Shown: positions 40,120 through 54,500 of the stretch, piece by piece
Numbering within the stretch: the first letter of the stretch is position 1
Layout: each line of letters begins with the position of its first letter
Source of the DNA: Paragordius varius
Lineage: Eukaryota; Animalia; Nematomorpha
Length of the DNA stretch: 64,000 nucleotides
Assembly: GCA_964247055.1 (NCBI GenBank)
Contig: OZ176056.1
Span: 4,898,001-4,962,000 of the forward strand
Direction: 5' to 3'
The notes under the pieces: generated by a model
Database searches by the model: none
What the model was told of the DNA's origin: nothing
The model's input: only the letters and a program-made list of their open reading frames with translations
Made by a program: the position numbers and the translations under genes

Positions 40120-40879
40120 TATATATATGAAACCTAGAAATCCTAAAATCCGGTCCCTATATATAAGTTAAATAAGGATCAAATAATTTGATTTGGATTT
40201 TTTTATCAATTATATTAATATATTCGCCAAGTTGGAGGAAATCTCTTGGATTAGCAAATTTAATTAACCAAAATCCCACTCCCCGAATTAATAATTGGGA
40301 CAAAATTTATACGTTATAGAACTGTTTCTTCGAATTGGCAATGAAATTCGATACTGGTATTCGAGTTAAATAAAGTAAATGACGATTTACATTTTTCAAT
40401 AAACGGTGATGGAAGAGAAGGATCGATGATTTTAGTAGGAAAATTAAAATTCGAATGCAGTCTATTTATGAGCTCTAAATGAGTTTTCACAAAAAAACTT
40501 TAAAAATAAATAGGATTATATAATCATTTGTTTTGCGCCCCGCGAAAATTTCCAAAGTATTTTATAAATTTGACTGTAAAGAAACGTTCTTAATTTAAAT
40601 TTCAAAATAAAAGTATTTTAAGATCGCACATTTTTTCCATAAATCACTTTCATATAGCTGCACTACATTAAAATGCAGAAAAATACTAATAAAAATTTAT
40701 AATTATTAAAAGACTCTCCTACTGAGATAATATGTAATTTTTTTACATTTTCATTTGGTCAGGGAAGGGGTGTTTTAATGTACATTTTAATAGATATGGA
40801 TTAAAAAAAACTCACTAAAACCCCCGAATAGCTTGCAAAAGTTTAAATTGCCAATGATTTAACCGATTTCTCTCTAAAC

Positions 40880-41467
40880 CAATATTAAGTATCGTTTAAA
40901 AGCTTCAGGATAATGAATATTGCAAATAAATGCCGTTCTCAGGCTAGAAAAAGAAGTTATTTAATTTTTCTGCTATTAGCCAAATCCAAAAATCGTATTT
41001 TTGTCGCACAATAGGTCAAATTAAATACAAAAGAAACGCATCAACAATGTTTAATTTAATATATACCATATGTATAAATTGATTGCAAAATATTGAAATT
41101 GATTTTACAATTTTTTCGAAGGCCCTTGAAGGACTTCTAGTTAATATTAAAATCGCACTCGTCAAATTTAAATCTAAACCTTTTAATATGAGGTAAAAGA
41201 TTATCATATTTATTTTAACTATCAAATATTTATATTTAGAGATTACTTTAACTTTGCTTTTACTATTATATTTATCGTAAAACAAATAAAATCATTGGCA
41301 TTTTTTTCCATTATATATAATACACGACCTAAACTTCGACAAAAATACGATTTTTAGATTTTAGCTAAGAGCAGAAAATTTTAAGTAAGTTATCTAGCCT
41401 ATGAACCGCCTATATTTTCGATATTCATTACAATTAAGCTTTTAACTCTCGAATGATATTTATATTG
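40880..41467. mobile_element. Old MITE-like inverted repeat (~140-bp arms, ~310-bp spacer)
   Basis: 40880-41017 vs 41326-41467 are reverse complements, e.g. TTTTCTGCT.TTAGC.AAATC.AAAAATCGTATTTTTGTCG and AAAAGCTT...ATGAATAT; ~75% identical by eye. Confidence 0.7.
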
Positions 41468-42552
41468 CATTTTTGATGCGCACCGTGTAATATATGGGCA
41501 TTTGTTACATTCAATATTTTTAATTAAAATATAGTGTTAATAATGATATTTGATATTAAATGATACAAAAATCTCGATTAGCTGAAAATATGTTGTTTAA
41601 TCTTAAGTTTAAAATAGGTTAATATTTAGTATTCTGCATCAAATTTATAATTGTAAAGTGACAATTTATTACATATATTATGATGGGGGTATTATTGACT
41701 ATACATACATTAATTATATGTTAATATATAATAGGGTGTAGTGTTTTGTGAAAACAAATCAAATGTCTAATAAACAAAAATGATAATTTAAGGTACCAAT
41801 CATATAGTTAACACCAAATGCAGCGTTCAAATATATATTATTCACACAGAGTTACGCGAACAAAATTATTTATATATTAAAATAATTAAAACATAAAGAG
41901 CAAAATAATATATTATTAGATTATACTAGTATTTATAAATATCTGATTGAAAGGTTTTAGCATAAATGCATATGAAGTCTATGTGCAATGTGATAAAAAT
42001 TGGTCCAATGTAGCCATATATTATTGGGTATAAAAGTCTTTCAATGGGTGTATATGGAAAAATATTTGTATATCCAAATAAAAATGTGAGTTTTACTTAT
42101 ATACATTTCATTGTTTTTCCTTAATCAGCCCAATTAAAAATGTCATTATATCCAATAAAAGGTGGCTCTTCAATGTTTAATTTTTAGAATATAAATGTTT
42201 AAAAATGCCCTAGTTCACCATAAAAAATAGCAGTTTAATCTTTAAATAAAAAAGATTTTCCCAAGTTCAAATCAAAAATCTATAATCTCTATTGACATAT
42301 AATATTAATACTAGATAATAATTATGCTATTGACAAAATTACTATATCATCTAAATAAAATGATTAATACATGAATAATTGATTCATAAAAGTACATTAA
42401 AAATTTAAAATATGGGTTAATATATTAAATATATCTTCACAATTCATTCATATGTATTCGATTCCAATTGTAAAAAATGTTAAAGTTGATGGTTATAAAA
42501 TGCGTCATTTCGATAGCATATCATAAAATATGTTTGTTTTCTGCCATATTTC

Positions 42553-45500
42553 TCAAGAGGTTTGTCGTTTACTCGGGCGTCTAAAAGCCAAAAACAAGTA
42601 TATACAATAAAAATTGAATTATAGAGAAAAAACTTATAACCTTAAAGACAATCGTTTTTTGAAATAAAGACGAACATTTAAACGTAGACTTTTTATCATT
42701 TTGGATTCCAAAATAGATAATAGAGAATAAATTGTTTGTATAATTAAAAATGCAATCAAATGGTCAAAAACAAGGTATAATAAAGTGTGGATGTCTATGA
42801 AAAAATATTTCGCATAATTTTTATATTTTGTTTGCAAAAATACAATTAGTACAATAAAATAATTATTGGACAGAAATTTCATTACTATCTCTAATATCCT
42901 GAGTTTGTCTATTTCAGAATCGTGTTGGCTTAATAATAAATTATTAGAGCTAAAAAAATTAAACTAAATTAATATTTGTCAGGTGGAACAGCCTAATTAC
43001 CATAAGATATTAGATAAATATGATAAATTTTTCCAAGTACCTTTTTCAAATGGATATAAAAAATATTTGACAAACTCGATACATGTAACCACATATCTTA
43101 TTTTTATTATACAAAAAAGTTTCGAAATAACTAATAAATAAAAAACTTATATTACTATAATTTTAATGAATATATGTTATTTAATAAATTGCAAAACAAA
43201 CTAAATTTATAACAAAAACCCTAGACATAAACATCCATTCTTTAATACTTACCGTTTTAATGACGTGTTTTTGGAGTTGGTGGTCCCTTTAACACCCTTT
43301 GTGTTCATTTGTGGTTGATTTTTGCTAACTGTGGGAGGCAAATTATATTGTGTAGGATTATTTTCAGGAATTATTTTTGAATCGCCTAACATAAGTTCGT
43401 TACTTAATCGCATTGCCATAGTTTGGTTTGTGCTTGTTGAACCAGTAAAATATCCTAAAACAAAAAAATATATTAAAAACAAATCTAATTGACCAAGGGT
43501 GGATTACAGTAGACCTCCCCCGATAATGGTCACTATTGTGGGAAAAAATAATGGGTTTTTATAAAAAATAAGTAAAATTATGTATAAAGCGTAATTTATA
43601 TTAAATATTATTAGAAAAAATTCAGATATTAAAAAAACAAATAAATAGTTAATTTAATATCTGCTCTTTAGTTTCTCATTTAAGATGCTTCATAATACTC
43701 ACAAATTAATAAGTATAGAAAAAGTGTTAACTTTGAACGTTTATAACTTAAAAATTAAAAAAGGCTTGATAATTAGCACATAATCTATTTAATTTTTTTG
43801 GTGCTTTTCCTTTAACAAATATCTCAATTACTGTATATTAAAATAATGGTTTATCTATAAAAATACCTTCGGACGACGAAGCAGCTTTAAGGGAATGATG
43901 TGTGGAATCGACTATAAATTTTGGTGCAAGCAAGACTTGTAATCCGTGCATAGGGGGGGTCGCATTGATGTCTGTTGTAAAGGAAGAATTAAATTTTTAT
44001 ATATTATTATAACAATATTTGTATTGAGATGAATTATATAATATTGCATGCAACAATACTTCGAGATTTAAAAACATGATAGGATAGGGTAAATAAACTC
44101 CATTTTACAGCTAAGCTTATAAATTAACAATTCTTAAATCCTTTAATGATATAAATGGAAATTAACTAATATTATACAAATTTTAAAAATTATTTTAAAA
44201 TGAAAATATTTAATAAAATGTGAATTTCGTTAAAGTTATTTTAGCAAACAAACAATTAATTATACATACCATTTTTATTGGATAAATTTTTATCGCTTTG
44301 CGCATTAGAACAATATGAGGACAAACTTTCGGATGGGATTGAATGTTTCGAATTTGTAACATTTTTACCATTGTTCTTGGCTAATGGTAGGTTTGGTAAT
44401 GATTTAGCCCTTCGTACTAGAAATTAGTATAGAAAATTTTAATAAAAAAATTAACACGGTAAAAATTTTAATTTTACGTGTTAAAATACCTTTTAGACCG
44501 CACTCAAGAATACCGTGTTTAACAACCTCATTCATTTTGCTTTTGAAGGAAAGAGATGAACGCTTTCGCCGTTGTGTTATGCTTGTTCCATTGTCTCGAT
44601 TTTTACGGTTAAATGAGGCCCGTTTAATAATGACTCTAGAAAAACAATATATTTTATACCATCTAAACCTCAATCCTTAAACATTTGAATGCTAATCTAA
44701 TTTAAAAAATTTATTGATGGTATATTTATCATTTTTCCGTATTATGCTATAGTATGCATTTTAATGATTGCTTATTTCAAACTATAGTAGGGCGATTGGC
44801 CAGACAGTAGTGTATGTAAAAAAACAACAAGATGTTATATAAAACAATAATTCCCTTCTTACACTCCTGTGTTGTAAATTGCCGCAACCATATGCATAAT
44901 ATAATATTTAACAAGTATTATTTTGTAAATCAAAAATTTAAGCAATATTTGATGTCCAAAAACATAATTTATTTTTGGTAAATTGGAGGTCAATAGAGAA
45001 TTTTCGGTGAAATGGTATGTAACATGAGGAAAATAAAATGTTTTTATTTATAAGTTTTATTTTATAAATGACAGATATTATCATTTTTATTTGAATTTAG
45101 AAATAAATATACAAGACAAACGTTGTTATTACAAAAAATAAAATTTTAAGGACACAATGTAAAAGCTTTATTGCATGGCAACCATTTTTTTAAACCTATT
45201 AGTCTATTGTTTGGGTTGCAAAATAAAGAAATGTATGGTAAAACTAATTTTATATTTTCAAAATAACTTTTATAAAAAAACAAGGTTTGAACCAGAATGG
45301 CTTCATTTGTTTTTTAATTTTTATTACAGTATGCATTTTAATAGTTGCTTATTTCACACTTTAGTAGGGAAATTTGCTAACACAGTAGATTATGGAAATA
45401 ACAACAAAATGTTGAAAAAACAATTATTTTCTATCTTTTTTCCATACACTCCTGTGTTGCAAATTGCCATACTATAGTGTAAAATAAGCAACCATTAAAA

Positions 45501-48500
45501 TGCATATTGATTATATTAAAATTGATTCATTAATATATTTATATACCTTGGAATGCTTGTTTTAGATGTGTTGCATATGGTAAGCAAATGCTCTTTTTCA
45601 ATAATATCTTCTCTAGTATCAACTTTTCTGTTTCCTACATTTTCATCCATGTTTGTCGTTATAAAACAATGCCCTTTTTGGAGTAAATTTTGGCCTGAAA
45701 CCAATATTGTATTATTTGGTGTGCACAATTCTGATTTCCGACGAAATAATTTCCCATTGTTTTTGATTCGCGCATTTGTTCCATTCACCTTATTAGGTAT
45801 CTTGTTATTATAGTGTGGCGTTTCTTTAAAGCTACCGCCACGCATTAATTGTGATGTTTTGTCATTATTATTGGACCATTTTTTTCTACCTTTGCCCGTG
45901 TTAACTTTATTGGAAAGAAATATGTCTGTGTTAGACAAATCCATACAAGGTTTCTTAGGGTTAGCGTTTATTCCACTTATTTTAGAACTCTTTTCACCCG
46001 GAATCGTGTCATCATTTTTAATATCATTATAAAAATTATTATCATCCAGTGCATTAAGAATATCCAAGGAATCGCTCGTGATTGAATTGTTATCGTACAT
46101 GACGTGAGGAGTTTTGCGTGAAGGAATGTTAAATGATGAATATCCTAAAAATAATTGATTAAATATAAAATAAAGATTTGATAAATATTTTCCTAAATTC
46201 ATAATTTTGGATTCAACATAATTTTTAATGGTACAGTATTTTAATACTATTTCTCTTGTTTCTATATTTTACGTAAATGATTTCATTAATATTCTATCAT
46301 ATATACTACGGTTTTAAAAAAGAAATACTCTTTTGGCTAAAATTCCCTGTAAGATATACATTTTCCGTAATCTAAATGGTCATTTTATAAAAACTGAGTT
46401 AAAAATTAAACTTACTTGACATAGTTTTTGCTTGTTGATAACTAGTTTCAGATCGATGATTTGTTAGAGCAGGACTAGTCCGTGATTCATTCATTAGATT
46501 TTTAGGATTCAAAATTTTTCTGTACAATCATAATGATAAAAAATTAATAATTAATAAAATGTTTTTATTTTGCTTCTCTTCGTTAATTTTATTATGTATT
46601 TTTTTTAAATTTTATTGAAACTACTGTGTATAAAAACCAGAGATTACAATGTTAGCTAAAAGAATTACCCATGTTGAGATGCACAAGGATCGGTATTAAA
46701 GGTAATTGTTGAACTTTGAACTATTACATTTTCTGAGTCACTATTTAAGCATTCAGTATTTGATTCTTCAGTTATAACGGTAGGAGGGATGGGGCTACCT
46801 CTTAAAATGTTAGTTAACAAAGGAGGCGTTTTTGCGTTATTTAACGTTTCCGTGTGTAACATTTTATTGTATCTTCTGGATATGCCTTTTGTTATAGAAA
46901 AGTTTTATTATAAATTATAATAAATTTGGGAATCAAACCTATTATATTTATAAATTTTATAAATATCTGTGAAAAATAAATGATCCGAATAATGACCCTT
47001 ATGAGAGATAAATGATAATAATCATTATACTATCTTTTAAAAATATTTGACATTTAATATTCTACTAATTAAAAACAAAAAACGAAAGAGTGATATTTAA
47101 TTTTTCATATTGATTATGGCTCATTATGAGGGCTGAAAAATACTAAGAAATTATTAATTTTATATTCAAAAATTATACCTTAATAACCATAACCTCATTT
47201 TAAAATCGATATAATGTATGATCTGTATAATTTAATTGCTTTAGAGGCAATTTTATATAAAAAATTGGATAAGGTGGGTGTACAATATAAAGTGTTTCAA
47301 AAAATATAAATAAACAATGATATAGCTTATTCTTTGATTTTACGCATAATAGTAAGTAAAATACATTATTTTTCTTACATAGATGGCACCAAAAACAAAT
47401 AATATACTTTCAAAAAAGCTTATTAAAAGCATATTATAAAATTTTTAGCCATGCATCCAATGAAAATCATATATATCATAAAATAAACTGTAAAATGCGT
47501 ACTTTTCTCACATCATACATTAAATTAAATAATTTGAAAAAAAAAAACTATAAAAAAATGCATCTCATAAAATCGCAAAAAAAGATTATTAAACAAAAAA
47601 AATTGAATTAAACTTAACTCACTAGTTTTAGGTTGTTGCCAAGATAGAGATGTACTCCCATTCGAAGTGATTGAACATGATGGTGAGGGTGTAGAACCCC
47701 GACTAAGTGAAGAAAATGAGGCCGGAGACGGGGAACATGATAGAAAGGAAGTGTCTATCAACAAAAATAAAAATGTGTGTCAAAAAATGACATTATAATG
47801 AAATATTTGTCGACTGACACCCGAAATGATGAGCTATACCAAATAAACTTATTTTACTTTTTTAACTTTATCTTTACAATGATGGTAAGAAATAACTTTA
47901 TATAATAAAAGGAATAAATGATAAATTATAAACATAATAATGAATTAATTATGTTCACATGTAATAAACCTAACAATCTTATTTTTTATGGAATTTTAAC
48001 GTCAAAAAGACACATAATACAACTTTATTAAATTCAAAATTTATGACAAAAAATGAGAGTACCAAACAAACAATCCACATACCTTGTGGCTGTTGATTAT
48101 GTTGTTTCTTATACATTGTCTTTAAAGTATTGGCGCTTTGATCTGATGGCGTTAATAAATGCGTTTTTCTCACCATATCAGGCGTTTTATAGATATTGTT
48201 TGATGTCAAATTATCAACTGTCGTAGTTGATATGGTCTCATTATTAGTTGTTACATACAAATTTTTTGAACAACAGTCAGTAACGGGGAGAGTATAATTT
48301 AAAATACTTGAATTTTCCTTAGTTATCAAATCTGGGCTATCAGTAATTGTTGTGTCATCAAATAAAACTGCTGAATTTGGTCCTTGAAGAAACGTTTTAT
48401 CTTGAGAAGTATCGGGCTGTTGTTGTTTTATTGCTTTTCTTTCCTCCAATTTTTGTTTAATACGACGGTAAGTTTGATAGTATTCGGATTGTTCAAGATA

Positions 48501-51500
48501 AGGTCGATTATTCCTATCTCTACTACTATATGAGTGATAATAATTGCCATATTTATTTCGTTTAGTTACAAGACTATCCTTATTTTTTGGAGATGTCCCA
48601 CTAGATATTTGATCAGTTAATGAACCGCCTAGAGTTAAAAAAATTATGGGTTTCTGTTTAATGATTGATACAGTCAATCGACCTTTGCACTACGTGAAAT
48701 TGCAACTATACATATTACGACTTGCATGAATTTAATTGTTTTAACAAAAAAATGAAAAAAAAATCGGCCAATTTTCTCGATTAAAAAATATATTTTAAGC
48801 AAATATTTAAGTTTTACCATCATACCAATATAATACTAAATTTAAATTCTATTTTATTTGCCATGTAAAATTTTCAAAGGCTCTCAAACCTAAAAAGAGA
48901 TTAAAAAAACTATAAAATCATATATTTTACGATAATAATTTTTGGCAGCCGAATTTGGTATGTTGGATTGCGTAGAATTTTTTGGCGATAATTTTATCCA
49001 AGGATATGTGTTACTATCTCCATTTTTAGGCTCATTGTAAAAACTTGGATCCATTGTAGTATTCATATATTTTTCCAAAATTGGTTTTGGTTGTCTCCTT
49101 AATAAGCGGGAATAATCTGTCGGTGTTAATACTTGGGAAGATTGCACCATTCTTCTAAAAAAAGATGTATGGCATTAATTTGACACCACTAAAAAGTGAT
49201 CAGTTTTAAAATAAGAATTTTGCAAATTATCGTTTATAATATTAATGATGAAAATAGCTTTGTTTTATCTGGTAGATGGAAAAAGAAAACTTATCCAAGA
49301 ATTTTTTTCAATATATGATTCTAAAATTATTAATATTGTATTAGATTTAGATCTTTTATAATCTTCCTAATAGTATTATTTTAATAGATTGCAGACTTAA
49401 TTAATTCAAAATAGAAATGGAAAAAGAATTGAAAAACTGTTTCAAAGTTAGTCAAAAATTAAAGTCCTATATATAACTTTGTTAAATAATATCAAATTAG
49501 TAAAGAAAATATCGATTAATTTTTGTATATTTATAAATTCTCTTAAACAGGACTACTATAAAAAACAATTAAATACCATTTAGCACAAGTTAGTATGTTT
49601 GTAGCAACACAAAAAAATAAGATTTTATGTAAAACCGTTGCCCCATAATTAACATATGGGCCATAGATTTTCAACAATGTTGCTTTTAATTAAAAAATTA
49701 ACCTATATAAAGATAAAAAAATGGTTCGTTTTTAAATAACTTAAATACCTTACCTATCTCCCATTCCAGGATGATGTGTGATTTTATTGTCGTCCAACAA
49801 CAAATTCATAAATTCATCATGTTGCGGTGGTCGCATTTTGGGCGAAGGACACGTTTCAAAATAGCGACCTGAAATATCTCTGTTACTACGTTCTGTGAAA
49901 TCATTCAAACCCAATAAACTTTCACAACTACTGCCCAAGAACCAATCGGAACGAGCTTTCATAGTTTGGAACCATTTAAGTTTTGTCGTTGATGATGATA
50001 ATAAACCCATAGTATTAATATCATTATTATAATCAACATGATGATGGCTTTCAATAGTACTTTTAATAGGGACATTGTAATCAAACGTTTCTTGACCTGA
50101 TACCATATTATCTGTAATGGGTTGACTTATTTGAACCGTTTCTGTTTGGAGATTAGACGGTTTTAACTCTATAGATTTATTGTTCAAAGCAACAGAGTCC
50201 CTACTTTTTGAAGGTAAGCGTAAACTTCGAAAAATATTATTTGTCCCCATGTAATTACCCAGGGACCGACGATTTTGTGTACGTAAATTGGTACCGCCGT
50301 TATCTGTATTGTTAAATCAAAAATGTATTAATATATATATTTATAAATGTATGCATGTGAAAACTTACCAATGATATTTTGCACAAAATATTTAACATGT
50401 TGATTTCAAGTTAACACAAATAATAACAAAACAAATATAATGTATTTATTGTAAAATATTTGTTATGATTATACATAATGATATATATTTATAACGATCA
50501 AAAAGGTTTCTTTTAATATACCATAAAAACCGTTCTTTTTCCAAAATCGAAAAAAAGCAAACTTAACTTACAACGTTTTAAAATTGCATTTATTGAACAA
50601 TCAATACAAAAGTGACATAAATGGGTAATATAATCGAACAAAAACACATGAAATTAAAATTGTTTTCGAATTTAATTTCGATTCAGAATCATGTTCCACA
50701 AATTTCTTTCAATCAAATGATTTTTGATTTTTTTACATAAGGTTAAACATTTTATAATGTTATATATCAGGCAAAAATTGAAACAATATAATAAATAAAG
50801 TTTTTCTAATTCTATATTATATTTTTAAGTTTGACAACGATTACTTATAGTAAGCGACAATTCATTTCAATAAATTCATTTAATTATTGAAAAAATTCCT
50901 CAAAAGATAAAATAAAGTTAGATCCCATGAAAAAATCAATTAAATACCCTATTCTTTAAAAACCGCGTTTTGGCTGCGAAAAACTGAACGTTTCGAAAAC
51001 TAATATTATAAATAGGCTATTAATTAGCCAACCATAAACCCTTTAAAGGTTATATAGTAAATGTATTACCTTTATTTGTGCCACCACTGCCCATGTAAGA
51101 TGAATGTCGAAAACTTACACGTTTTAGTTTAGAACGAGCATCAGCTAGTATTTGTTTAAAGCCATTAACAGACCCATTCCCAGTTAAACCATTTTTCGCC
51201 TGAGGTGGGCCATGTGAATTCTTTTGCAAGGGGACAGGGATGTTTTTCAAATTCTAGGATACGAAAAATTTATAATTATTTCCACAATATTAAAGAATAT
51301 ATTATATATCTAGATTTGAGTAGGTTCTGTGACCGCTTATAAAATAACCAACGAAATAAACATATATAAATATAAAAATGGTAAGTAACTTATATCAAAT
51401 GTAAAATATGTTGGATCATTTAATTCATTGAATACATTAAAACTATATTATGCAGCATATATCAGACATTTGTGGATGATAATTGACTGCATTCATAAGC

Positions 51501-54500
51501 GGTTAAATCAGGTTATAATTTTTAACCAGTGCCTAAAAAGACGTTACATAAAATTTGTATATTTTTGTTTAATTTAAAAGTGTATTATACAGATATATTC
51601 CAAATCTAAAATAGTAGATAGACTGACCAGTTAATCAATAATAACCAATTTGAACGCTTATGGCAGTTTTTTGCATAATTGGTTTAACATTTTACACTAT
51701 ATACTTACGACTAATTATTAAAAAATATTCATATCTTTAACACAATATGTATATAGATATGTATGATAAACAAATTAAATTTTGATTGGTATTTTTTCGA
51801 AAAAAATCACAGTCACGGTTATAAATGCATCCCTCAGTAAAAGTCTTAAACAAACGTTTTACATTGAGAAAAGTATGAAAAAAGGGAGAACCTTTGGATA
51901 TCTAGCAGGATCTCTGTATGATCTATACAAGGCAGATAATTTGGAAAATGGTGATCCTAAACTCTTATTATTGGTTAGTATTGCGCTCGGTGACATAGAT
52001 GTAAAAAAAATGGACTTTTCAGATGCAATTTTTGCAGATTTTTCACCTACAATATGTTAAAATTTTAAAAATTTATTCCCCTATAAACAAATAATATTAA
52101 GAGTTTAAATATAAAAATAATATTACCGATTAAAGATTTTTTGGTCGAGATTGAACATGGCGTATCGTCAGTAAATGCTGTGGATGATATGTTCTGAGAA
52201 TGTGGTAAAATACTTGAATCAAACGTCTACATATTTAACATATATTATGTATAGTATGCATTTTAAAGGTTTTTTATTTCACACTATAGTTGGGCAATTC
52301 GTAACACAGTAGTGTATAAAAAAACAACAAAATGTTGAATAAACAATTTTTTCCTTTCTTACATTACTTTGTTAACTTTATTCAATATTTTTGTTGTTTT
52401 TTTCCTATATTACTGTGTTGCGAATTACCCAACTATAGTGTAAAATAAGCAACCATTAAAAAGTGTACTCTAATGTAAAAAGTATTCGCATTTAATCATA
52501 AAAAAAGGTTAATTTAAATTTGTTTCCTTATTACCGATGAAGGAATGTTTATGAGGTCTGGTTCAAAGTGCATTTCAGCGGTATTTGGTTGCTGTGTACT
52601 ACAAAGTATTTGAGATCTTTTCACAACATCTTGCACCATAGAATCGGAATCATATAATATGGACATATTCTTATGTTCATATTCACTATTTGGATAATTA
52701 GATTGTCCCAATACATGTTCTGAAGTGATAGGCGATACTATAAAATGATATTAACTAAAAAGTAAATTTTAATTAGTTATTCCTTTTTGTTTTGTCTTAA
52801 CTTTGTTCATATTTAAAGATGAACTATTTTTTTAATGTGATTAATTTTAAAAAGCGATTTTCTTTGAAAATACACATACTATATCAATAAAAAATATAAA
52901 CTATAATTAATTATAACAAACTAATAAAAACAAAATCCTTATCTTATTTTAGTCAACTCGATTTAATTTTTATAACTAACGAAATTATATAAATGTAATT
53001 TAGAGCGTTTTCTATACAGGGTTAGACAACCATAAAATAGAAAATAAAATAAGCATTTTAAAAGGTAAAAAATACATAATGTTGTATAATAAGAAAAAAT
53101 AATATTTAGCTCCGGTTCCAATCCCTTGTTTTTTATTAAGTAATTTTAAATAATTTATTCATAATAGGATTTATGTGGAATTAAAAATTTTATTTAAATA
53201 AAACACTAAAACAAAAAATATGTTTAAACAGAAAAAAAAACTTTTTAATGGAATGTCAGTAGGGGATTGAGATAATTTGTTTGTGATAGCAACCGAATAT
53301 GATTGAGAAGGTGTTCCATATATTTTACCTTAATAAATATATTAAACAAATAATTGTATGTTAAAAAAATATTTAACTATCAAAATTTTATTTAAAAAAT
53401 AATTTGACGTTATCGAGTTAGTTAATTATATATACATTTAGTCATGAATATTTTTAATAAGAGTCTCAATCTAAAATTCAGTATAAATTTAATTGCTAAA
53501 ATTAATCATTGTTTTTTATGTGAAATCCAAGTTACGTTTTCTACATATTAACTAACTAACTGGTTTTTTATAATATCCTTATAATAGGCAAATATATATA
53601 TATACCTAAATTTGTAATAATAAAAAAAATAAATAAATAATCAATTTTTAAATGAATATTAAGATAAAGCGAATGTTAAAGCCGGACATTTCCCCATATT
53701 TGGATATATTTCAAAAGGCAACCTTCACTGTAGAAATTTAACTAAATTTTACAATTACGATTCTTGTAAAAATATATTTGAAATTAAATTATATCCACAT
53801 TTACAATATAATGAATATAATATATTTTCTCGATAGATTCTATATGGAAAAAACCAAAAATTTACCTATATGTGTAGCTAAGCTTGATAATAGACCTGTA
53901 GTACAACAGGTTACAGTATTTGGCGTATTTTTTCGTGCTACACAAATTGGTGGTAAAGAATTAAAATTGCTTTTTTGCATCTCAATACCATTTTTATCAT
54001 TATTATCGTTAAAATCAATGATTGAGGATTGGTTTGGATTTAACAATAATGGTATTTGGGTAGTTGGTTCGATATGGTCAACTTCTAAATAAAATAATAA
54101 TGTAAAATATTTGAAACTTTCAATATATGAATGAATATTATTATTCATAATTGGTGAGAGGTATATCGGACAATTGAAAAGCACAATTTATATCTATAAA
54201 TGATTTGTTTAATTCAAATAAACATATTAATATTTTGTAAAATAATCAATCGACCATAATATACTACAAAATCATTTACTTTATTAAAATTAGTAATTAA
54301 CTTCTTTTATATATTAAAAAAAACAAACACAAAAATTACCCAATTTTAGACACAAATTGGACACATATAAAAGACAAAAAATCTTAAATAAATTTAATTT
54401 TTTTTTATGTGAAATATATCAAGATAATTTCTACCTTTTTTATCTTGTTTTATCATTGGTGTATTGGGGGTAAAATTATTATAAATATTATTATTTTTAA

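Noticed and set aside
38329-40130. Repeat-protein ORFs (DWENVSI, FPSQSKR, TGKTFRL, FSQSIET)
   Set aside because: These are translations of a stop-free 21-bp minisatellite, open in several frames on both strands and mirrored in both arms. They are artefacts, not genes.
42634-42949. Alternative penultimate or terminal RhoGAP exon (42949 onward, SNNLLLSQHDSEIDKLR...)
   Set aside because: It is phase-compatible with exon 43454-43253, but it continues into intron-like hydrophobic sequence and its donor (42885) hits a stop at the next acceptor. The 42580 exon is the simpler end. Unresolved without cDNA.
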